NCBI GenBank assembly: GCA_030390025.1 | Contig: CM059431.1 | Coordinates: 140,184,001-140,248,000, forward strand | DNA: 64,000 nucleotides | DNA from: Squalus acanthias | Lineage: Eukaryota | Direction: 5' to 3' | Shown here: positions 13,263-23,500 of the stretch, piece after piece | How positions within the stretch are numbered: the first letter of the stretch is position 1 | Layout: each line of letters begins with the position of its first letter | The notes under the pieces: model-generated | The model's input: only the letters and a program-made list of their open reading frames with translations | Database searches by the model: none | Told to the model about the DNA's origin: nothing | Position numbers and translations under genes: made by a program

Positions 13263-13572
13263 CTTGACATCATGGCCGGTCTTCCCAGGTGTTTTTTTTT
13301 AAAAAGACTAACACAAGAACCTACACAAATTGACAGGATATGCAGCCAGCAGGTGGTTTGACACGTTGGACCCCCTGGGACACATCTCATTGTCTTGGCT
13401 GTGCTCTTTGATGTAGGGAAAGATGTGAATAGATTTTGTCTGTGTTTAAATTGTGAATTCTGGGAGATTCTCTCACTGCTAACTTACCTGACGAAGGAGC
13501 GAACTGCTCCGAAAGCTTGTAAAATTAAATAAATCTGTTGGACTATAACCTGGTGTTGTGCTACTTTTCATT
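11258..13572 (+). mobile_element. Penelope-like element (Neptune-type), 5'-truncated, young
   Basis: Flanked by a 10-bp direct repeat TCAGTAATAC (11248-11257 and 13573-13582); stop-free RT+GIY-YIG ORF; 3' terminal region with a hammerhead motif. Confidence 0.93.
13484..13522 (+). ncRNA. Minimal type I hammerhead ribozyme motif in the Penelope terminal repeat
   Basis: TTAC-CTGACGA-A-GGAGC-gaact-GCTCC-GAAA-GCTT-GTAA: intact core, stem II, palindromic AAGCTT for stem III, and stem I TTAC/GTAA. Confidence 0.75.
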
Positions 13573-13619
13573 TCAGTAATACAGAGCGAGGCACCAAAAT
13601 AATTACATACAATGACATA

Positions 13620-15270
13620 ACAACAAAAAACGCTGGAAAAAACTCAGCAGGCGAGGCAGCATCCGTGGAGAGAGTTAACGTTTGAGGTCGAAGACCTTTC
13701 GTCAGAACTGGAAAAAAGCAGGAAATGAATCGATTTAAAGCAACTATAAAGCTGGGAAAAGGGGGAGGGGATGAAATAACAAAAGGAGAGATAAAGAGAC
13801 ATTGAGAGACATTAAGAGATAATCAAGGCAAGAGGAGGTGTTGATGTAACAGGTTCAGGCTAAATGAAGTGTGAAATGCACTAGCAGAATGGACAGCTGC
13901 CAGCTTCTGGGAGGAAAAAAAAAGGGGGGCCAAACAAAAGGGTGGATGAAAAAATAAAATATAAATGTGATAGGGGCCGAGGTTATGATCAAAAATTGTT
14001 GAACTCGATGTTGAGTCCAGAGGGCTGTAGCGTGCCTAAATGAAAGATGAGGTGCTGTTCATCGAGCTTGCGCTGCGCTTCCGTGGAACAATGTAATAGG
14101 CCGATGACGGTGAGGTGAGAGTGGGAGTGGAGCGGAGAATTAAAGTGACAGGCCACCAGAAGCTCGGGGTCCCCCTTATGGACTGAACGGAGGTGTTCTG
14201 CAAAGCGGTCACCCAATCTGCGTTTGGTCTCCCCAGTGAAGAGGAGACCACATCGTGAGCAGCGAATACAGTATACTAAATTGCAGGAAGTCCAAGTAAA
14301 TCGATGTTTCACCTGGAAGGGGTGTTTGGGGCCCTGGACAGTGGGAAGAGGGGAGGTATAAGGGCATGTGTTGCATCTCCTACGCTTGCACGGGAAGCTG
14401 CCGGGCGAAGAGGAATTGGGTGCTGGGGGTGGTAGAGAAATGGACTAGGGTGTCGCGGAGGGAGCGGTCCCTGTGGAATGCTGAAAGGGGAGGTGAGGGT
14501 AAGATGCGTTTGGTGGTGGGATCACGCTGGAGGTGGCGGAAATGGCGGAGGATGATCCGTTGAATGTGAAGGCTGGTGGGGTGAAAGGTGAGGACAAGTG
14601 GAACTCTATCGTGGTTCCGGGAGGGAGGGGCAGGGGTAAGGGCAGAATTGCGGGAGATAGAATGGACACGGTCGAGGGCCCTTTCGACCACAGTAGAGGG
14701 GAATCCACGTTTGAGGAAAAAGGAAGACATGTCGGAAGCACTGGTATGGAAGGTGGCATCGTCAGTGCAGATGCGGCGGAGGCGGAGAAACTGGGAGAAT
14801 GGAATAGAGTCGTTACAGGAGGCGGGGTGGGAGAAAGTATAGTCCAGGTAGCTGTGGGAGTCAGTGGGCTTGTAGTGAATGTTAGTCAATAACCTATCCC
14901 CAGAGATGGAGACGGAGAAGTCGAGGAAAGGAAGGGAAGAGTCGGAGATAGACCATGTGAAGGTGAGTGAAGGGTGGAAATTGGAAGCATAGTGAATGAA
15001 ATGTTCTAGTTCAGGGCGAGAGCAGGAGACGGCACCGATACAGTCATCAATGTAACGGAAAAAGACGTGAGGGAGGGGACCAGAGTAGGACTGGAACAAA
15101 GAGTGTTCCACATATCCCATGAAAAGGCAGGCATAGCTAGGACCCATGCGGGTCCCCATAGCAACACCTTTAATTTGGAGGAAATGGGTGGAGTCAAAGG
15201 AGAAGTTGTTCAATGTGAGAACAAGTTCAGCCAGGCGGAGGAGGGTGGTGTTGGATGGGGACTGGCTGGG
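13620..15270 (-). mobile_element. Second Penelope-like element (different family), 5'-truncated and frameshifted
   Basis: ORF pieces GVAMGTRMGPSYA, RYIDD, HYKPTDSHSYL (14380-15213), CKRRRCNTC linker and GIY-YIG-like NLVYCIRC...GETKRRL (13989-14312). Confidence 0.9.
13673..13709 (-). ncRNA. Degenerate hammerhead motif of the second Penelope element
   Basis: AGTT-CTGACGA-A-AGGTC-ttc-GACCT-CAAA-CGTT-AACT; the GAAA core reads CAAA. Confidence 0.6.
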
Positions 15271-15854
15271 CGTCTGTGTTTATTATTCATTCACGGGACG
15301 TGGGCGTCGCTGGCATGGCCAGACTTTATTGCCCATCCCTAATTGCCCTTAACTGGGTGGCTTGCTAGACCATTTCAGAGGGCAGTTCATTCACTGAGAT
15401 AATAACTGAAGCCTTACATTCTTGTTAAGAAAGACTTGAGAAATTGGGAATCTTTTCACAACATCGCCCCAAAAATAAACTTAATAATAGATCTGATAGA
15501 GATACTCACCATCCGAGCGACTTTGATCGGGTAAATCGTTGGGATATATTTCTGCTGGTTGGGGAGCTAGAATTGTAAAGCAGAAATGTAAAATCATCAG
15601 CAAAAGATGGCAAGAAAATGTTCGGGGATTATTTTTGTACAGAGTGTTGTAAGGAGTACTTGAAGAATAACATGGGTGGAAGAAGAATCAGTAACATCAT
15701 GATACAGGGGCGGAGAGAAGATAACATTTTGCCGTTATATAGCACCTAGCATGGAGCCACAAAGTGCTTAGTGGACAATGAATTAATTTGAAATGGAGTC
15801 ACTGTGACATGCAGGAAATGCGGCAGCCAATTGGTAAAGAGATTGGTCCCACAA

Positions 15855-16548
15855 GCAGCAATGAAATCAATGGCCAAATACTGAGTGCAGGAGCGAGTTT
15901 TTGTTTTAGAGATAGTAATACCATGTCTGAGTCAGACGGTGAAGGGTTCGAGCACGGCTCCTAAACAGATTCCGATCAGTAGTGACTGAAATATAGTCTG
16001 TACAATAAAGCTTTGCAGAAAGTCCTCAAATTGAGATATCCAGTTTACGATGAGAAAAGGTATATCCGTGTTGTAAAGGGAAGCAGAAAAATGTAAACCG
16101 CTTATCCCTAAGGGCGACTGACAGATGAAAAGTGAGGGCCAGACATGTAGAGATGATTTGTTTTGGGCCTATTCAGAAACATTCTCTCATTACCACAACC
16201 TTGCCTTTTGGCGGCGCTGTGGCTTTGTTAAGGCAACTTTTGACGATCTTTCCTCTGTTAGGAGAATCCAGAACAAGGGGGCATGACCTTAAAATTAGAG
16301 CAAGGCCGTTCAGGAGTGATGTCAGAAAACAACACGGAGATACCTGATCTTATTGTAACCTGTGTATCTCAATTTGAGGACTTTCTCCAAAGCTCTAATG
16401 TGCAGACTATATTTCGGTCTCCACACGTCGGGATCTATTGTAGAGTGGGAGTCGAACACCTCACCTTCTGACTCAGAGATGGTATTACTACCCCTAAAAC
16501 AAAAACTCGCTCCTGCACTCAGTATTTGGCCATTTATCTCATTGCTGC
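15855..16548. repeat. Inverted duplication of ~220 bp of SINE-derived sequence (15855-16074 and 16330-16548)
   Basis: Arms align as reverse complements and include a perfect 41-bp core (15869-15909 and 16494-16534). Confidence 0.85.
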
Positions 16549-16744
16549 CTGTGGCAAAGGCTAATGGAAACCTGGAACTCTCTCCATCGGAAATGTCAAA
16601 AGTCGGGTTGATAGATTTTTTTGGGCAAGGCAATTGAGGGTTACGGAACGAAAGCAGGTAAATGGAGTTAAGTAACCGATTAATCATGATCTCATTGATT
16701 GGCAAAACAGGATCGAGGGGCTGAATTTCCGTCTCACTTACCTA

Positions 16745-16972
16745 TAGAGGGAGATAGAGAGACAGTTGATAGAGAGAGGACCGGCAAGAGAGAGCGGGCA
16801 GACAAAGAGAAAACGTGTGACTGTCACAGAGAGAGCAGGGAGATTTAAGGGGAAAAAACAAAGGAAAAAAGAGAAACAGATACTTAGGGAGAAACAGGCA
16901 GAGGGAGAGCGATGGTAGCGAAGAAGAGAGAGATAAACCAATCGAGAAAGGGAGAAAGAGAAACAGAGAGCT
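16745..16972. repeat. GA-rich low-complexity tract
   Basis: Purine-rich (GA)n-like sequence. Confidence 0.8.
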
Positions 16973-18196
16973 CTTCGCCTTTCCCTCCCCATGGTTCTCT
17001 AGAAAGTGCGGACTGTTTCTATCGTAGCATAACTGCGGCTCAAAGTGTTCGGTTAGATCACACAGAGACTCTCTTTCTATAATGGGGTTCGGCTGCATGT
17101 TACCATACAGCCAGACACAGATTACTTCATAACCAGGTTTGGCATTTGGTCTCTGGTTTAGCAGATAGTCAACCAGGAAACATTTTGTTAAATTGATCCA
17201 GAAATATTGAGGTTGGGCTGTTGATGCCAATGGAGGATTGGATAACTTGAGGAAATGAGCAGCTGTGTCCTCTTCTCTTCACTGGGCAGATTGACCACTG
17301 GGGTTGTACCTGTACACCTGCGGTTCGGATTTTCCTATCTTGTCACATACTGTCACCGTACACAGGTTAACTTCGCAGCACTGACACTGGGATCTTCACT
17401 GAGACCACATGCATTCAGTCTGAGATCTTATGGACATTGTACCTAAAAACTTATTCGTATCTTAACATCTGTAGCATGTCTCATTCATAGAGGTAAATTT
17501 AGATTTATTCCATACCAGTGAAGCTATGGATCAGTGATAGCACAATCGCTTCTGAACCAGAGGGTTGTGTGCTATAAGCCCGTTAGAAGCTGGTATTCAT
17601 TGTCCCAACAGATATATGCCAAGGGAGATTAAACTTTAACCCTTTCACCTTACCTCCTCACTGAGGAACCGTCTGGATTTTACCTCCCAGCCTATGTATA
17701 GAAGTGAATGATGCCTAATATTGCTCGCTGAACTATCTTATATTTCCCAGTTCCGACTGAGTATTGGTTCACCTCACCGACCCTCAATAGGATCCCCACA
17801 GGATACTGAGTGAATGAAGTAACGATTTCTTGTCAAATCTTTAAAGAAGTCATTCAGTAAATCATCCACTGACAATGGTTTATTCACTTCAAAATCAGAA
17901 CCATCATAACATAAACATTGAGTATACCAATAATTAGTAAATAAAATAGTTGTAGACAGGGTCGCCTAGCAATTTTAATAACACACAATTAATAGGCAGA
18001 TAATTAACAACCAGAGATGTTGTATAATCAACTCAGTGTATCAGCGTAATTCAGCATTAGCTGGATCGCTGATGATCAAATTCTAGTTGAGATCAGTGTG
18101 TGAGATGACTGCAGATTGGTGAGATGAATTTCGGATTGACTATTTGGGTATCTGATGAATTAACAGCATTAGATCGCCAGACTGTGGAATAGATTG

Positions 18197-18420
18197 GAGA
18201 ACTTTACCTCGGGCAATAGAGCAAAACGGGCGATAGCGAATCGGCGGCTCATTGGCTCGGCCCGATTCTCTTTCCCATTGACTGTTGATTTCACCGAATC
18301 GGCCGCGCATTGTGCGTTCAGCACAATTCTCTTTCCCATTGACTGTTGCTTTCCCCCAATCGGTGGTTCATTGTGCGCTCGGCCCGATTCTCTTTCCCAT
18401 TGACTGTGCCTTTCACCGAT
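18197..18420. repeat. MITE-like arm with short tandem copies of ...gattctctttcccattgactgt
   Basis: Motif repeated at ~55-bp spacing after a terminus resembling the reverse complement of 9392-9440. Confidence 0.6.
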
Positions 18421-19733
18421 GAGATATTAATCCAGGGCCTTCTCTGAATGTTCAAGTGGACCTAACTGATCCAACAGAAATGATACAAAAAGAGATTGGG
18501 AACTGCCCGGTAAAGGACACTTATCCCTCAACTTTTTGCTCGGGTGTGTAACTGGCATCAGAAATCTGCGGCCTCATAGAAACCGTTCAATTTCCATTTC
18601 AATGATTCCAAACACCAGTTTTAGAGGGGCAAGTTTTTGCCATCCATTCTCGAGCTGTGAGTGTCCCTGGTAAGGTCACAGTGAGTGCCCACCCCAATTA
18701 GCCTCAGAAGGTTCTTCTCGATCCGTTGATGTAGCTGTTTGGTACAACTGAGTGGCTCACTGGGGCACTTCAGAGGGCAGCTAACATAACAGGCAACCAC
18801 ATTGGTGCGGGAATGGAGTCATACACAGGCCAGTTATGTAAACCAGATTTCATTCCCAAAACTGGGCCAGAATAATGTTCACTGATATCAGTTTTTTAAA
18901 TTCCACTTTCTATTAAACAGAATTCAAATTCGCAAACTGCCATCTTAACTCATGTTGTCTGCACTATTAGTACAGTCTCTGGATTACTAGTCCAGTAACC
19001 TAACCACAACACTATCTTCCCTGATAGTTGAAATCTACTCCATTAACTGGCCATTTAACTCATTGCAATGTGTGGGATTTGAGTGACTGTGCCTCAAAAG
19101 TAAGTGAACGGTGTTATAAAATACAAGTATCTTTCTTCCTCCGATTACCTTGTCCTCTCACTGTGTATATATATATTATTTTAGTGAATAGAGGTTAACA
19201 CAAGCCTGACTTCTGATATTTAAATTAAACCAGAGTCTAGTCCCTCGGCCCCTCGATCTGTCAGTCTGTGGCCCACGTGATATTCAAATCGGGTCAATAT
19301 AGTTGTGTGTGCTTGTTGTTCCAATCTGTTCATTGCTGATTACAATGTATTATTGGTTCCCACCCGTTGATATTTGACATCTGTTGAATGCAGTGAAACT
19401 TCGCTATTTATTATGCTGGAGTGAGGAAAGAAAGAGTATAACTGCATCTGGTGTGAATGTAAAATAAAACAGACAATAATATAATATACAGGAGGTCAGT
19501 CTGTATCTGGAAAATAATTTAATTACTAAAGAGTTACATCACAATATCAACCTATCTTCTCTCCGCTTAAATGCTGCCGATACTACTTTGTATTTAGATC
19601 ACTGTTGTTTTTAGGCCCAGACTGGTTCAGAATATGGGGCCGTGTCCATTTACTGCAGTGTAGTTTCCAATGTTTCACTGAACTTTCACAAGTTGTTACT
19701 CATTGAGCGGGTGATTAAATTTGCCACTTCACC

Positions 19734-19739
19734 TTTATT
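19734..19739 (-). terminator. Candidate poly(A) signal of the NLR gene
   Basis: First AATAAA seen on the minus strand, about 700 nt past the stop codon; no transcript support. Confidence 0.3.
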
Positions 19740-19959
19740 TGACATTCTCCAGTACGTGTGTGTAGTTCAGGCTATTTAGAAATTCACCGTTCAGTGTGCA
19801 AATAACAGGAATAGCGATGGAAAAGATTCTGCACTAAATACATTGCTTCAGCAAATATTGATTCCTTATTTTGGGGAGGCAGAAAACACTTCAAATAAAA
19901 GTCCGATTCCATGGGTGCACTATGCACAGGGATCTCCCCAATAGGATACTCTCCCTGGT

Positions 19960-20260
19960 TCATCCCGGACAGTGGGCGTTGGTCCCTATCGAGCAGTGGG
20001 ATCCATCCCAGCTGAACTGACACTATCCCCATCCTGAATCCACACAGGTTTGCTTCCCAGCAGGACTACTGGGCATTGATACCGAGCGGCAACCCTGGGT
20101 AATGTTACCCACAAACTCAGGAATACTGAATCCAATTGTCAGTTTCCCACTGCAGCCCAGACTGAGCCCCACCCTGGGCCCTTCCTGTCTGTGCATTTCC
20201 CCAGTGCACCATTGGGGAACATTCAGCCCCGGATATCCTGCAGAAGCAGCGCTGTGGGGC
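19960..20260 (-). mobile_element. Old SINE remnant in the putative NLR 3' UTR
   Basis: Minus strand ccagggttgccgctcggtatc...cctgctgggaag...gtggattcagg resembles ancient vertebrate SINE central domains (from memory; weak). Confidence 0.35.
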
Positions 20261-20442
20261 TGGGCGGCTGAGTCTCGTGACCCTGTGGCTGGGCCTCTGA
20301 ACTCACAATCGGAGATGACACGGGCACAGCTCAAATGGAAACCCTTAAAGGGGCCGATAGGATTTAAACCCGGAGCGTGGCCGCTTAAAGGGGAGGGGCA
20401 GAAAATCGGCCCAAACTGTTTATATAATGAGACCAGCAATGT

Positions 20443-20545
20443 TTATAAATTGAAATAATCAAACTCCACTCTCAGTCTGAGTCTTGTATCCTGCAGCGAC
20501 TTCAGCTGTTTCTCTCCGGTTAAACTGACCTGATTCCCCAACAGC
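20443..20545 (-). CDS. NLR terminal coding exon ([33 protein letters not shown])
   Basis: Acceptor ctttttcag; phase 2 continues the frame to TAA at 20443-20445; LRR-cap-like sequence. Confidence 0.8.
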
Positions 20546-23500
20546 CTGAAAAAGATTAAAGATTAAACAGGAAATAAACAGATTGAATAACAGAGTAAAT
20601 AACAGGGTGGAAGTGGCATCCCCAGCATCGAAGCTTTGACCACACTCGATCAGCTCCGAAAAACGGGCCACATATTCCGCATGCCCGATACGAGATTCCC
20701 AAAACAAGCGCTCTACTCGGAGCTCCGCCACGGCAAGAGTGCCCCAGGTGGGTAGAGGAAACGCTTCAAGGACACACTCAAAGCATCCTTGAAAAAGTGC
20801 AACATCCCCACCGACACCAGGGAATCCCTGGCCCAAGACCGCGCAAAGTGGAGGACAAGCATCCAAGAAGGTGCTGAACCCCTCGAGTCTCTTCGCCGGG
20901 AGCAAGCGGATGCAAAGCGCAAACAGCGGAAGGAGAGCACGTTAACCCAAACACCCAACCCGCCCGCCCCTTCAACCACCGTCTGCTCCACCTGTGACAG
21001 AGACTGTAGGTCCGGCATTGGACTCATCAGTCACCTGAGAACTCATTTTTAGTGTGGAAGCAAGTCAGCCTCGTTTCCGAGGGACTGCCTAAGAAGAAGA
21101 AATAACAGAGAGACTGGGCTTAATATTTCAATAGTAATTACAGACAAATATTACCCATAAAAGTGATTAGCTCCCACTGATATTTTATCTATTACTTTAA
21201 ACATTACACAAACACTCACCCAATCCGCTCCAGACTCCTGCAGGTCAGTATGAGGCGGCGGAGAGCGGGAACAGATCGGTCTGTGAAGGAGTTTGATCCC
21301 AGGTTCAAAACCGTCAGTGACCGGATTGTACTGAGAGCGGAGACGAGATCCTCAGCACAAGAATCTGTGAGACCGACACTATCCAGCCTGGGATCAGAGA
21401 GAGAGAGAGAAATAACAGGAATCAGGTTAAATCCCCAGTGGTTTTTAATAACACTATTACTGATATTACTGATAATGTGCAGGTTTTATCAATAACACAC
21501 TACTGATATTAATAATGTAGTGTTTATTAATAACAGTAACTGATAATATTATACAGTGTTTATTAATAACACTGTTACTAACAATAATGTATAATGTTTA
21601 TTAATAACACTATTACGGCTACTAATAATAATGTACAGTTTCAGACATCCAGTTATTATAAACACAATCTCACACAGTCTGGTACTTACCACAGTTTCTT
21701 TATTTTACAGTCCGGGTTCCTCAGAGCCGCAGATAACAGTTTCACTCCTGAATCTCCCAGTTTATTGTAACTCAGGTCCAGAACCGTCAGTGATCGGTTT
21801 GTAATGAGAGCGGAGGCGAGATCCTCGGCACAAGATGCTGTGAGACCGTTATTCCATAGTCTAGGATCAGAGAGAGAAATAACAGGAATCAGGGTAAATC
21901 CCAATGTTTTAATAACACCATTACCAATAATGATGTAACATTTTTATTAATAACACTGATACGAATAATAATGTACAGTGTCATACATCCAGTTATTATA
22001 AACACAATCTCTCACAGTCTGGTACTTACTCCAGTTCCTGTATTTTACAGTCCGGTTTCCTCAGAGCCGCAGACAGTAGTTTCACTCCTGAATCTCCCAG
22101 TTTATTATAACCTATGTTCAGAACAGTCAGTGACCGGTTTGTACTGAGAGCGGAGGCGAGATCCCTGGCACAAGAATCTGTGAGACCGACATCAGCCAAC
22201 CTGAGATCAGAGAGAGAGAAATAACAGGAATCAGGTTATCATTAATAACACTATAACAGATACTAATAATAATGTGCAGTCATACATACAGTTATTATAA
22301 ACACAATCGCACACAGTCTGCTACTTACCACAGTTCCTGTATTATACAGTTCGGGTTCCTCAGAGCCGCAGACAGTAGTTTCACTCCTGAATCTCCCAAT
22401 TTATTTCTCCTCAGTCTAAACAAAAACAGAGAGTGAGAAACAACCTGAATCATACCATCGATCTGAAAAAATTTCTCACTCATGGATATTACAGGAAACA
22501 CTGAAAATAATTCAGCAAATTAATAAACTGGTTTTCCTGTCACTGACAATGACACTGACAATCCTGTCGCTGTCCAACTCCCCATATATTCGGGGACTTT
22601 CAGTAAATTTATTAAATAAAGTGCTGTCGATAAAATGCCTTTAAATGTCCCTCAGTCCGGTCTCATTCCCTGATGATCAAAATTAGACTCATGGAGCTTA
22701 GTGACCGGTCACGTCATGTTTGTGGAAATTTGTCTCAATTCTGCTGCTAAAGTAAATCACGGATTTTATGGGAATGGGACGTTTTAACCGGAATTAAATG
22801 ATAAAGCGGTGATTCCCTGTACTTTATACTCTGTGCATTATATTAATCTGTATAATTCCTCGGTGTGAGTTATATTGTTAAACGGCTCTAACTGCTGCTG
22901 TAAAATCCGCCCCCAGGATTTTATGTAACAAAGAGATATTATTCTGTCCTGTTAGAAGTTTTAAATATCTCTGTACTCCGAGTTGATAGGGGAGTGGAGT
23001 CTTTAACTTTATTCCCCATTAAACTGGCTCTACATTTGTTTCAGGTGTAACTGGCCCGACAGATTTTGGGGAATTTTCGTAAGTTCCGTCCCCGAGCGGG
23101 GCCTCACACACAGGGGGCGGATTATGGGGAATTCCCGGGTTCACTGCCCCCGGTTTACCCAGGAGCCGCCCGCTGTGTGCGAGGCCCCTCCGCTGGCCGG
23201 TGTGTGTCTGTACTCCGGGGCTCATACCCCACAACACATTAGATTGCAACCTTTTTACCGGCATATTGTTGCTCGCAAATGCCACTGAAATTTCGGCCCG
23301 GATTCCGAGCGAGGGGCCTGAATTAATGACCCTCTGACTCAGAGGCGAGAGTGCTGCCAGCTGGGGATGGGATGGTGGATTTATTGGAGAGTGTGATGGG
23401 CTGTGTCATTGATGTGTTAAGATAAAGTACCGACGCCCTGCGGGGAATGGTCAGCTCGCCCAATGGCGGTTCACTGCCCGAGAGCTGCGCTCTGCTTTGT

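Noticed and set aside
16209..16230. ggcgctgtggctt resembling a tRNA 5' end
   Set aside because: No anticodon arm, T arm or B box follows.
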